From assembly GCF_000260965.1 (NCBI RefSeq), contig NC_017856.1, positions 1,650,001 to 1,682,000 of the forward strand: 32,000 nt of DNA. Reading direction: 5' to 3'. Both the position numbers and the translations under genes were made by a program. Origin of the DNA: Methylophaga frappieri (GTDB taxonomy: Bacteria > Pseudomonadota > Gammaproteobacteria > Nitrosococcales > Methylophagaceae). Positions 18,406 to 27,768 of the stretch are shown here, in pieces. Numbering within the stretch: the stretch's first letter is position 1; every line of letters starts with the position of its first letter. The notes under the pieces were generated by a model. That model searched no databases. It was not told the origin of the DNA and saw only the letters and a program-made list of their open reading frames with translations.

Positions 18406-20295
18406 TCAGGTGCCAATAATGCCGCCATCTTTTTTCGTGATTAACACCGTTGCGGAACGTGGCCGGCCCTCGGGATGATGATCAGGCCAGTTACTGACGG
18501 CTCTGGGAGTTTCCGGAGATGTTTTCAGGCCCTGATTTTTTAACAATGACAAGGTTTCACCAGGATGTTGAATATTGACCCACATGGTTTTCATATCCGG
18601 CGTCATGGCGACACCGGTGACTTCGCAGCCCACAGGTCCCGTTAAAAATCGTCGAATTTCGCCAGTTGTGGGATCTGCTGCCAGCATCTGGTTATTACCG
18701 AAGCGTTTGAATTTTCCTTGATTTAAGGCACTTGAGCTCACATCCGTCTGAATCCAGAGTACACCACGCTCATCAACGTAAAGTCCATCTGGGCAGGCAA
18801 ATATCTCCCCTTTACTATCGCTCTCACCCGCCAAAACAAACACCTGCCACTGCCCAGCCAAAGCCGTCGCGTCTGTCTCACGAAGTTTGAGAATGTGACC
18901 AAAATGATTCTGGTTGCGTGGGTTCGCCCCGTCTTTATCAGGTTGCGCGTCAACACCGCGCTGATTATTGTTGGTCAATGACACAAATACGTCGCCAGAA
19001 TGGGGATGGACCGTGATCCACTCCGGTCGGTCCATCTTGGTCGCTCCTAAGATGTCAGCCGCTGTGCGGGCATGCACTAACACATCCGCCTGATCTTGAA
19101 AGCCATTATCCGGCGTTAACCCCAACTCGCCAAAAATTAATGGCAACCATTGCATTTGACCATTGTCATCAAACCGGGCAACGGTTAACACGCCCTCATC
19201 GAGCAAATGACCATTTTCCACCCCTTGGCTACCATCCCACGCTTCGCGAGTCACAAACTTGTAAATATATTCAAACTGAGCATCATCACCAGAATAGAAG
19301 GCAACCCGTCCATCTCTGCCAACTTTATGCGCCACATTCTCGTGGCAAAATCGACCAAGTGCCGTCCGTTTGATCGGAATATGCTCCGGATCGTAAGGAT
19401 CGAACTCAACAACCCAGCCAAACCGGTTCGCTTCATTGGGGACTTTGTCCAGATCAAACCGCTTATCAAATTGATGCCAGCCGTAGTAGCTAAACCCCAA
19501 ATCATAGCGTTGCCAGCGGCGCTCTATTCGGGGCGCTTTCTCAATCATCTTGTTTCGAACAAAGTAGTATTGAAAGTTTTCCTCACAAGCAAGATAAGTA
19601 CCCCAGGGTGTTTTACCATTAGCACAATTATTTAATGTACCAAGAACCACTCTGCCATCCGGGTCATCAATCGTTCTGACTAATTCATGGCCTGCAACAG
19701 GACCACTTAAATGCATCGGTGTGTTTGCGGTCAAACGTCGCGCATAAGCCGATGGCCGAACAATCTGCCAATCATGGTTCTTTTTTTTGACCTCTATCAG
19801 TGACACACCATGAGCATGCTGCTCTTTTATCATTTTTTCTGAAGAGTAAGGTGTCGCGTGAATATGACTACCGTCAATGTGAATCAAATCCAGATCCAGA
19901 TATTCGTGGTTCATGACCAATAGGCCATGATCACTATTCGTCGACCCTTTCGGTAAAGGAAAATATTGCACGGCATCATGATGCATACCGGCCTGAAGCA
20001 ACTGCTCCGCCGCTGTATTGCTTGCATCCTGATTAAACTCCGGCCCCGCTGACACTGGATCGCCCCAGCGATAAATCACCTCAGCCTGATACCCCGAAGG
20101 CACTTGAATATCATCTCTCAAATCGGCGCTGGCTACGGCTGCAAATCCTAACAAACGGGTCTTAGCTTGGTGCCATGTCGCCGCTCGAACCGAGACAGGC
20201 ATCGCTGCGGCAAGGAGACCGCCTAGTCCATATTGCAATACTTTGCGTCGCCGAACTTGCTTATCTAATAGCGATGAAAAGAGATTCGGTGGCAT
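18406..20295 (-). CDS. phoX: PhoX-family alkaline phosphatase (DUF839), Tat-exported
   Basis: Twin-arginine signal (VRRRKVLQYGLGGLLAAAMPVSVRA-A), about 630 aa, and a beta-propeller-type sequence with PhoX-like segments (WGTYLACEENF, RFGWVVE, DRPEWI and NWPDHHPEGRPRSATV at the C-terminus). Confidence 0.85.
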   Translation of the reverse strand: MPPNLFSSLLDKQVRRRKVLQYGLGGLLAAAMPVSVRAATWHQAKTRLLGFAAVASADLRDDIQVPSGYQAEVIYRWGDPVSAGPEFNQDASNTAAEQLLQAGMHHDAVQYFPLPKGSTNSDHGLLVMNHEYLDLDLIHIDGSHIHATPYSSEKMIKEQHAHGVSLIEVKKKNHDWQIVRPSAYARRLTANTPMHLSGPVAGHELVRTIDDPDGRVVLGTLNNCANGKTPWGTYLACEENFQYYFVRNKMIEKAPRIERRWQRYDLGFSYYGWHQFDKRFDLDKVPNEANRFGWVVEFDPYDPEHIPIKRTALGRFCHENVAHKVGRDGRVAFYSGDDAQFEYIYKFVTREAWDGSQGVENGHLLDEGVLTVARFDDNGQMQWLPLIFGELGLTPDNGFQDQADVLVHARTAADILGATKMDRPEWITVHPHSGDVFVSLTNNNQRGVDAQPDKDGANPRNQNHFGHILKLRETDATALAGQWQVFVLAGESDSKGEIFACPDGLYVDERGVLWIQTDVSSSALNQGKFKRFGNNQMLAADPTTGEIRRFLTGPVGCEVTGVAMTPDMKTMWVNIQHPGETLSLLKNQGLKTSPETPRAVSNWPDHHPEGRPRSATVLITKKDGGIIGT

Positions 20296-20364
20296 ACCCG
20301 TTTTCCCTAAATTAACTTCTATGGGTGATCAAAACAAAAAGCTTAACCGTTTTACGATGCGATT

Positions 20365-21435
20365 TTATGACATTAATTGACGCTTTAACGCCCATTCGAT
20401 GTGTTCTGCAACCATCTCATTGACAATGGGAAGCCTGGCTCGCAAAGCTTGCTGTATCGGCTGACTTGGACGTGCATTACCGAGAGCAACAGCCAAGTTT
20501 CTCTGCCAGCAATCATATCCAATACGACGAATGGGGCTACCTTCCAGTTTTTGATAAAACTCAGTCTCTGACCAAGCAAACAAGTCCAATAATTGAGGAG
20601 CATCCAGATTTTCTCTTGGCTGAAAACTACTCTCCATACTGGGTTGTGCAAATTTGTTCCATGGACAAACCAGTTGGCAATCATCACAGCCGTATATCCG
20701 ATTACCAATTAACGGCCGTAAAGACTCCGGAATTGCTCCCCTCAACTCAATAGTCAAGTATGAAATACAACGACGCGCGTCTAATTGATACGGCGCAACG
20801 ATAGCCTGCGTAGGACAAATATCGATACAGGCTGAACATTTGCCGCAATGTGCCGAAACAGATTTCGTCAACGGCAGCGGCATATCTGTATAAATTTCAC
20901 CTAAGAAAAAGTACGACCCATGTTGCCGATTCAATATATTCGTATGCTTACCCATCCAACCAAGGCCTGACTTTTCGGCCAGCGCCTTTTCCATGACCGG
21001 TGCACTATCGCAAAAAACCCGATATCCCATTTTCCCCAATAGTGCTTCCAAACTATTTGATAGACGAAGTAACCGCTTACGCATAAGTTTGTGATAATCC
21101 CGTCCTAAGGCATACCGGGAAACAAAGCCTTTTTGGTCATCGGCGATAACTGGCCATGGCGCTGCCGTACTCTCAGGCCAATAATCCATTCGCGCCGTGA
21201 TAACTCGCACAGTATCGGGCAATAAAACGTCAGGACGGCTGCGCTTAACCCCATGGCGTTCCATAAAATGCATTTCGCCATGAAAGCCTCGCGCCAGCCA
21301 ATCTTGAAGCTGATTTTCAGCCTCTGTTAAATTGATATCACTCACACCAATCTGTTGAAATCCACATTGTCGAGCAAGAGATTGCATCTCTTCAATTACT
21401 GCCTCAGCAGACTGTGTTGTATTAATTTGGATCAT
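20365..21435 (-). CDS. queG: tRNA epoxyqueuosine(34) reductase QueG
   Basis: Two 4Fe-4S ferredoxin motifs (CGKCSACIDICPT; CDDCQLVCPWN), a cobalamin-domain N-terminal half, and a divergent position next to nnr as in E. coli. Confidence 0.9.
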   Translation of the reverse strand: MIQINTTQSAEAVIEEMQSLARQCGFQQIGVSDINLTEAENQLQDWLARGFHGEMHFMERHGVKRSRPDVLLPDTVRVITARMDYWPESTAAPWPVIADDQKGFVSRYALGRDYHKLMRKRLLRLSNSLEALLGKMGYRVFCDSAPVMEKALAEKSGLGWMGKHTNILNRQHGSYFFLGEIYTDMPLPLTKSVSAHCGKCSACIDICPTQAIVAPYQLDARRCISYLTIELRGAIPESLRPLIGNRIYGCDDCQLVCPWNKFAQPSMESSFQPRENLDAPQLLDLFAWSETEFYQKLEGSPIRRIGYDCWQRNLAVALGNARPSQPIQQALRARLPIVNEMVAEHIEWALKRQLMS

Positions 21436-21480
21436 GCCAGATAGTATAAAGCAGAGAACATATTGAAAACGGAGTGCTTA

Positions 21481-22971
21481 ATGTTGCCTTTGCCAACAGC
21501 GTTATATACGGCCGCACAGACTCGTCAAATTGATGAACTTGCGTTAAAAAACGCCGGCTTAGACTCAGCAACATTGATGACTCGAGCAGGCGCGGCAGCA
21601 CTGACCTGTATCAACCGAGCTTGGCCCGATGCAAAAAAACTCCTTATTTTTTGTGGGCAAGGGCATAATGGCGGAGATGGCTACGAGCTTGCCAGCCAAG
21701 CCGCAAAGTCAGGCAAACACGTCACCTTATTGTCAGTTGGGGATCCGCGACTTGCCAGTGCTGAAGTAAAATTTTGTTATCAACAAGCCTTGGCTGCTGG
21801 CGTCAATCAGATCAGCCTGTCAGATCCCCTCCCTCAGGTAGACTGTATTGTTGACGCACTTTTTGGAACGGGTTTAAATCGAGAAGTAAGTGGCGACTAC
21901 GCATTTGCAATAGACTCAATCAACCAAAGTCAATACGACGTGCTTTCACTGGATATCCCTTCTGGTATTAATGCCGATACCGGCTGTATCATGGGCAAAG
22001 CAGTTCGAGCAGAAATAACGCTTAGCTTAATTGGTCTTAATATTGGGTTATTGACTCACGATGGTCCCGATTACTGCGGCAACATACATTTTGACGATCT
22101 GAATGTGTCAGACACTATTAAAGCGCAAGTTTCTGCATTAGCGTATCACCTGACAACGCAACAGTTGTTCCCCATCTTACCGCCACGCGCCAAAAACAGT
22201 CATAAAGGTCTCTTTGGCCATGTTCTCATCATTGGCGGTAATATTGGCATGTCAGGCGCTGCATTAATCGCCGCGGAGGCAGCCGCTCGCTCAGGCGCTG
22301 GCCTCGTTACCATTGCCACTCATCAGCAACATGCCTCATTAATCAACTTACACCGTCCTGAAATTATGGTGAGTGGCATCACGCACGTAGAACAACTCCA
22401 AACACTCATTGCACGCGCTTCTGTCATTGCAATCGGTCCTGGCTTGGGCAATGACGATTGGGCGCAGATGCTATTTCAGACTACTATTTTTTCTCAAAAA
22501 CCAATCGTTGTTGATGCCGATGCACTTGTTCTACTCAGCCAATTAGACTTGAAGAACGATAACTGGGTCTTAACGCCACACCCTGGCGAGGCAGGAACCC
22601 TGCTCGACCTACCAAACCGTGCTATCCAAGAAGATCGAGTTACAGCCGTAAAAGCCATACAACAACGCTACGGCGGCACGGTTGTTTTGAAGGGTAAAGG
22701 CACACTGATCGCCAATAAACCTCCGCAGCTTAGTTTGTCATCAACGGGTAACCCGGGCATGTCTAGTGGTGGCATGGGAGACTGTCTGACCGGTATTATT
22801 GCGGGTCTTGCCGCACAGGGACTACCCCTAAGACAAGCCGCTGAGCGGGGCGTATTCTTACACGGCTTGGCGAACGACAAAGCAGCAGAAGTCCGTGGCG
22901 AAAGAGGCTTGTTGGCATTGGACTGTTTGCCGTTTCTTCAACAACTGATTAATTTGCAGGGGTCGGCGTAA
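21481..22971 (+). CDS. nnr: Bifunctional NAD(P)H-hydrate repair enzyme Nnr (epimerase + ADP-dependent dehydratase)
   Basis: YjeF_N region (CGQGHNGGDGY, DALFGTGL) and C-terminal carbohydrate-kinase region (HKG.FGHVLIIGG, GPGLG, GNPGMSSGGMGDCLTG). I prefer the ATG at 21481 (GGAG 7 nt upstream) over the TTG at 21463. Confidence 0.9.
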   Translation: MLPLPTALYTAAQTRQIDELALKNAGLDSATLMTRAGAAALTCINRAWPDAKKLLIFCGQGHNGGDGYELASQAAKSGKHVTLLSVGDPRLASAEVKFCYQQALAAGVNQISLSDPLPQVDCIVDALFGTGLNREVSGDYAFAIDSINQSQYDVLSLDIPSGINADTGCIMGKAVRAEITLSLIGLNIGLLTHDGPDYCGNIHFDDLNVSDTIKAQVSALAYHLTTQQLFPILPPRAKNSHKGLFGHVLIIGGNIGMSGAALIAAEAAARSGAGLVTIATHQQHASLINLHRPEIMVSGITHVEQLQTLIARASVIAIGPGLGNDDWAQMLFQTTIFSQKPIVVDADALVLLSQLDLKNDNWVLTPHPGEAGTLLDLPNRAIQEDRVTAVKAIQQRYGGTVVLKGKGTLIANKPPQLSLSSTGNPGMSSGGMGDCLTGIIAGLAAQGLPLRQAAERGVFLHGLANDKAAEVRGERGLLALDCLPFLQQLINLQGSA

Positions 22972-23426
22972 TGTGGCTGGAAAATACCGAAGCGACAGAG
23001 AATTTTGCCTACCAGCTTGCCCAATTGATCCCTGCGGGATCATTCACACTCCATTTGCAAGGTGATTTAGGGGCCGGTAAAACCACGCTGGTGCGCAGTT
23101 TGCTCCATGCTTTGGGTCATCAAGGCAATGTCAAAAGTCCGACTTATACGCTGGTTGAGCCCTATCATATTGCTGAGAGACAGGTTTTTCATTTTGATTT
23201 ATATCGTCTAGCTGATCCGGAAGAACTCCTATATTTGGGTATCGAAGACTATTTAAGTCAATCGGCCTTACTGCTAATCGAATGGCCGGAGCAAGCTGGT
23301 GACTTGTTACCCCCTCCGGATATGATCATTCAACTGCGTTATCAGGCAGATGGTCGCCAACTTGAGCTAAAAGACCAGTCAGCCCGCGGCAAAGCAATCT
23401 GCGAAAAACTTCACAATCAAGTATAG
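22971..23426 (+). CDS. tsaE: tRNA t6A37 biosynthesis ATPase TsaE
   Basis: GDLGAGKTTLVRSLL P-loop, SPTYTLVEPY, HFDLYRL and EWPE. The start overlaps the nnr stop (TAATG). Confidence 0.92.
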   Translation: MWLENTEATENFAYQLAQLIPAGSFTLHLQGDLGAGKTTLVRSLLHALGHQGNVKSPTYTLVEPYHIAERQVFHFDLYRLADPEELLYLGIEDYLSQSALLLIEWPEQAGDLLPPPDMIIQLRYQADGRQLELKDQSARGKAICEKLHNQV

Positions 23427-23526
23427 ATTTACAAGCTATCTTGTTTAAATATATGAAAAAAGCTTGATTTTTTTGTTTGACCATTTCACACTTACCCCTA
23501 AGTCAAACTCACACGGAAAAAACGCA

Positions 23527-24858
23527 ATGCGGATGCTGTTGATGACAATCTGTCTCAGTTTGCTGTCATTGTCGGTTTCGGCAGCGACCGTAGAGCAGAT
23601 CCGACTCTCTCATGGAGAGGATGTCACGCGACTGGTTTTAGATATGGACGAGTCCGTTGACTACAAAACCTTCACGCTGGACAATCCGCCGCGTCTAGTC
23701 ATCGATGTCAGCAGTGGAAAAACCAACAAAAATCTGGCGATGCCTGAACTTGAGCAAAGCCATATCAAAAATATCCGTCAAGGGCAGTTGAACCCAACAA
23801 CGCTGCGCATGGTGCTTGATCTCCACCAAGAAACCGCATTTACCAGTCGTAAATTGGCGCCGAGTGGCGACTACCCGCACCGACTGGTCATTGATCTGGC
23901 TGCCAGTAAAACAACGCTGCCAAGAACTTCAGACCCGATCGAGACACCTGAAAAATTGGCAGCAGTCACGCCGCCACCGCTGACCGATACTGTGATAAAA
24001 AAAGCCCCCATCCTGCCTCGTCGCGATATCGTAATTGCCATTGACCCCGGACATGGTGGTCGTGATCCAGGCGCAATTGGACCCAGTGGTACACGTGAAA
24101 AAGACGTAGTGCTGCAAATTGGCAAACGACTGGAAACCCTGGTCAACAAAGAACCGGGTATGCGTGCTTACATGACCCGCAGTAAGGATGAATTCATTAC
24201 TTTGCGTCAACGTATTCTTAGAGCGAAGCAAAATGGTGCGGATATGTTTATCTCAATTCATGCCGACGCATTTACCAATAGAAATGCACGTGGATCTTCG
24301 GTATATGTGCTATCAGATCGCGGCGCCAGTAGTGAAGCCGCACAAATCTTAGCCGATCGCGAGAATGCAGCAGATCTTTACGGCGTCACACTTGAAGACA
24401 AAGACGATGTGCTGGCATCAGTACTACTGGATCTGTCGCAGACAGCCAGTCTGGAAGCCAGTCTGGAAGTCGGAAACTCGGTGCTCAGCGGTTTAAAACG
24501 CGTTGGCAGAGTGCATAAAAAGCAGGTTGAATCCGCATCTTTTGTGGTCTTGAAGTCACCAGACATTCCTTCCGTATTGGTTGAAACGGCTTTTATCTCT
24601 AATCCTACAGAAGAAAGTAACCTGAGAAACGCCAATCATCAGTATAAATTGGCCGCCGCAATGATGTCGGGTATTCGTGGGTATTTCAAACGCAACCCCG
24701 TCACTCGGCCAGGCCAGACACAACAACACATTGTGAGTAGTGGCGACACATTGAGTGGCATTGCCCAACGCTACCAAGTCAAAATGGCTGAATTGAAATC
24801 CAATAACAATCTGCAAAGTAATACTTTACGTATTGGTGAAGTACTGCAAATCCCCTAA
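23527..24858 (+). CDS. amiB: N-acetylmuramoyl-L-alanine amidase (AMIN domain + amidase_3 + C-terminal LysM), AmiB-type
   Basis: Signal peptide MRMLLMTICLSLLSLSVSA, AMIN-type N-domain (RLVLDM...PPRLVIDV), IDPGHGGRDPGA, SIHADA and ETAFISN. The C-terminal LysM reads HIVSSGDTLSGIAQRY...LRIGEVLQIP. I prefer the ATG at 23527 over the TTG at 23464. Confidence 0.9.
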   Translation: MRMLLMTICLSLLSLSVSAATVEQIRLSHGEDVTRLVLDMDESVDYKTFTLDNPPRLVIDVSSGKTNKNLAMPELEQSHIKNIRQGQLNPTTLRMVLDLHQETAFTSRKLAPSGDYPHRLVIDLAASKTTLPRTSDPIETPEKLAAVTPPPLTDTVIKKAPILPRRDIVIAIDPGHGGRDPGAIGPSGTREKDVVLQIGKRLETLVNKEPGMRAYMTRSKDEFITLRQRILRAKQNGADMFISIHADAFTNRNARGSSVYVLSDRGASSEAAQILADRENAADLYGVTLEDKDDVLASVLLDLSQTASLEASLEVGNSVLSGLKRVGRVHKKQVESASFVVLKSPDIPSVLVETAFISNPTEESNLRNANHQYKLAAAMMSGIRGYFKRNPVTRPGQTQQHIVSSGDTLSGIAQRYQVKMAELKSNNNLQSNTLRIGEVLQIP

Positions 24859-24977
24859 ACCTCAACGCGATCCTGCACCGCTGAACTGACCTGAGGCTCG
24901 CCGCTTCGGAGCAGATTATCCAAGGTATTTTTCTCACGGCCTGTTTCGGCTATCGTGCTGCCGGTTTACACTAGGGC

Positions 24978-26627
24978 ATGGTCAATAAACCGCTCAACAT
25001 ACCGCGTATTCATGCCCTGCCACTGCAGTTAGCAAACCAGATTGCCGCGGGCGAAGTGATCGAGCGTCCGGCTTCCGTTGTTAAAGAGTTGGTTGAAAAC
25101 AGTCTGGATGCTGGCGCAACGCAATTAAATATTCGAATCGAAGGCAGTGGCAGTCAACTGATTCATGTCCGGGATAATGGTGCAGGCATTCACCCGGAAG
25201 ATTTGCCGCTGGCATTAACGCGACATGCCACCAGCAAATTAAGTAGCAGTGACCAACTGAGCCAGATAGGCAGTCTCGGATTTCGCGGTGAAGCTTTGCC
25301 CAGTATCAGCTCTGTGGCCAAACTGACACTTATTTCAAGGCAAGCGGACAGCGATTGTGCGTGGCAATTAATACCGTCAGAAAATACCTTAAAACCCACC
25401 GCTCACCCCTTAGGTACCACCGTTGAAGTGCGGGACTTATTCTTCAACCTGCCTGCAAGGCGTCGTTTTTTACGCAGTGCGCGAACTGAACAACAACACA
25501 TTTTAACCACACTGCAACGATTGGCATTAAGTCGCTTAGATATCGCCCTAGATTGTCAGCTTAATGGCCAACAAAAAATGGTTCTACCTGCTGCGGATAG
25601 TGACAGTAAACAATTGCAGCGGTTACGCAAAATCTGTGGTAGCCGCTTTGTAAAGGATGCTTTTGTTATCGAACAACAGCGCGATTTAATGCAGCTCAAT
25701 GGCTGGATTTGCCCAGCAATTGCACACCGAGCCCACAATGATATTCAGTATTTTTTTATTAACGGGCGCGTGATTCGTGATCGATTGATAAGTCATGCTG
25801 TACGCCAAGCTTTTGCGGAACAAATTCCAGCAGGAAGACATCCAGCTTATGTACTGTATTTGACATTGCCTTTGGACCGGGTGGATGTCAACGTCCATCC
25901 AACGAAACACGAAGTACGCTTTAGAGAGGCACGGCTTATCCATGGGCTTATCACCAGTGCAATTCGCGATGCTTTGCGCCAGACGATGCCAAAATCAACC
26001 TCAACAACCGTTCCGCAACATACCAGTCATTACGACAACCAACCGGTATCTGTCCGAGAATCTGCAGCCGATTACCATCAGCTTGCTATTCCTGCTCAAC
26101 CAGCATCGCACTCATTACAAATTATCGCTGAGAAATTTGTCGTAATACATTATCAGCAACAACATTGGCTAATTGATCTGATCAAGCTTGAGACAGAATT
26201 GACGTATCAGAAGTGGTGCCAAGCCATCGCGCAAAACCAACTCAGCCACCGCCCGGTCATGGTGCCCGTCAGTTTTCATATTGACGCTGCTCAAGCCGAA
26301 TTATTCCTTGCTTATCAAGACAGACTGGAAAAGCTTGGTGTGCATATAGAGATTGAAAACAAGCAGCTTCGAATCCTTGCCTTTCCAACGCTCTTTGGCG
26401 CCATTGATCTACAGAATTTGTTTGATCAACTGGTCAACATTCTCGCTAACACACCTGATCAAGATATGTTGTCGAACGCCCTGTTTTTATGTCGCCATGT
26501 GCCGCGCCAATTTACCGCTACTGATGCACAATCTTTGCTGGAATCCTGTCAAAACCTATCCTGGCAAACGGTTGCATGGGCAAAGCAACTTGATAAAGCC
26601 TTGCTTACTAGCTTATTCTCCGAGTGA
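24978..26627 (+). CDS. mutL: DNA mismatch repair protein MutL
   Basis: GHKL ATPase N-terminus (ANQIAAGEVIERPASVVKELVENSLDAGAT, VRDNGAGI, GFRGEAL, VNVHPTKHEVRF). 549 aa. I saw no DQHA(X)2E(X)4E endonuclease motif in the C-terminal domain. Confidence 0.92.
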   Translation: MVNKPLNIPRIHALPLQLANQIAAGEVIERPASVVKELVENSLDAGATQLNIRIEGSGSQLIHVRDNGAGIHPEDLPLALTRHATSKLSSSDQLSQIGSLGFRGEALPSISSVAKLTLISRQADSDCAWQLIPSENTLKPTAHPLGTTVEVRDLFFNLPARRRFLRSARTEQQHILTTLQRLALSRLDIALDCQLNGQQKMVLPAADSDSKQLQRLRKICGSRFVKDAFVIEQQRDLMQLNGWICPAIAHRAHNDIQYFFINGRVIRDRLISHAVRQAFAEQIPAGRHPAYVLYLTLPLDRVDVNVHPTKHEVRFREARLIHGLITSAIRDALRQTMPKSTSTTVPQHTSHYDNQPVSVRESAADYHQLAIPAQPASHSLQIIAEKFVVIHYQQQHWLIDLIKLETELTYQKWCQAIAQNQLSHRPVMVPVSFHIDAAQAELFLAYQDRLEKLGVHIEIENKQLRILAFPTLFGAIDLQNLFDQLVNILANTPDQDMLSNALFLCRHVPRQFTATDAQSLLESCQNLSWQTVAWAKQLDKALLTSLFSE

Positions 26628-26652
26628 AATCAAGCGATTCGAGGCGTTAGCT

Positions 26653-27768
26653 ATGGAAAAGTTTTCCCGCACCCGTTCTTTATGGCTGGCATTTTTGCTG
26701 GCAATAATTGTGCTGGGGGTGTTTGGCTATTTGTTATTTACCGATGGCGAACATTTTAAAAAACAGGAAATCGTTGATCCGCCCATCGAACTCGCTGAAC
26801 CAGAGCTGCCGCTGGAGATCATCGAAGTGGATGACAGCCTGCCGGCTCAAGAAGAAATTCGTGAAAATGAAGCAGAGATTTTTGTTGAAAACCTGGCAGC
26901 GGAACCAACGGAAGCGGTTCGTTTAACCGAGGGCGAAGATCAATTTGTCCGGTCAGATAGTGTTATTGCGCTACCTTCTCTGGAAGAGCGTGTGACCACG
27001 CTTGAAAAACTACTCGATGATGAAGCCCTTGCGGATGATACGCCCGTATCAGTTTTTTTCACCGAAGAAACGCGTGAAGAAACGACTATTCAAAAGATGG
27101 TCGAGAGTAAAGAAGATCACATCGCACCAGTGACCATCGAAACCGAATCCGGCGAAACCATTACAGCACCATTATCGGAGCTGGTTAAACGCGACGACAT
27201 AGACAAAAACCAACCAGTCACCGAGGTACGTCAGGAAAAGAAGCAAATTCAGACCACCGTCGCCGAATTGGCCAAATCTGATATTGCCCCCCAGCAGGAA
27301 GTAACGGTTGTCATCAATCATGGCAACAAAGAAATTGCACTCGAAGAGCTGCTCGCGGGCGAACCAATAGAGAAAGACAGTCTGCTCTATCTGCACCGGG
27401 TAACCGAGGCAGATTATCAGGGTTTATGGGGCATTATTCAGTCAGGTCTCATTAACAAATTTCGTCGCGGTATGCGTCTGGAAGGTATGGGGCCGCAATC
27501 GACCTTAAGTGTTACCATCCCCGCAGATGCCGATGAACCGCTACCGGATGGACTGAGTTCTTTCCTAGGTAAAATCCTCAATCAAAAAGTCACCAGCAGT
27601 TATGTTTATAACTTCAGAACCGAAGCCATGGGGCGTAACCCTAATCTGATATTCCCAGGCCAGCAACTGATTATGATTGAGTTTGAGGCAGATGAAATAC
27701 GTGATATCTACCTCTACTTTGCTGAGCACCGTGCAGAAGAGGTCAAAACATTTGCCATCAGCAACTGA
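26653..27768 (+). CDS. Membrane-anchored, highly acidic protein with a LysM-like C-terminal region (uncharacterised)
   Basis: ATG at 26653 with GAGG 8 nt upstream. The longer ORF-track start at 26353 overlaps mutL in another frame and is rejected. One N-terminal TM segment (LWLAFLLAIIVLGVFGYLLF) is followed by a ~230-aa D/E-rich linker. The C-terminal segments HRVTEADYQGLWGII and NPNLIFPGQQLIMI resemble the two ends of a LysM fold, separated by a long insert. Confidence 0.6.
   Translation: MEKFSRTRSLWLAFLLAIIVLGVFGYLLFTDGEHFKKQEIVDPPIELAEPELPLEIIEVDDSLPAQEEIRENEAEIFVENLAAEPTEAVRLTEGEDQFVRSDSVIALPSLEERVTTLEKLLDDEALADDTPVSVFFTEETREETTIQKMVESKEDHIAPVTIETESGETITAPLSELVKRDDIDKNQPVTEVRQEKKQIQTTVAELAKSDIAPQQEVTVVINHGNKEIALEELLAGEPIEKDSLLYLHRVTEADYQGLWGIIQSGLINKFRRGMRLEGMGPQSTLSVTIPADADEPLPDGLSSFLGKILNQKVTSSYVYNFRTEAMGRNPNLIFPGQQLIMIEFEADEIRDIYLYFAEHRAEEVKTFAISN

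Noticed and set aside
20355-20385. A Pho-box-like ATGTCAT half-site upstream of phoX.
   Set aside because: Only one 7-bp half-site matches. The expected second repeat 11 bp away does not match, and the match coincides with the queG stop codon region (caa tta atg tca taa), so it is probably coincidental.
24859-24977. The GC-rich stem candidates (GCTCGCCGCTTCGGAGC) in the amiB-mutL spacer, considered as a terminator or regulatory RNA.
   Set aside because: The pairing is short and ambiguous, with two competing 3-4 bp registers, and no U-tract follows. amiB and mutL are co-oriented and commonly co-transcribed.
26353-26652. The long N-terminal extension of ORF 26353..27768, which overlaps the last 275 nt of mutL in another frame.
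   Set aside because: The extension is Cys/Leu-rich, unstructured-looking sequence with no SD. A good GAGG-N8-ATG start at 26653 lies just after the mutL stop and is followed directly by a TM helix, so the overlap is an ORF-calling artefact.
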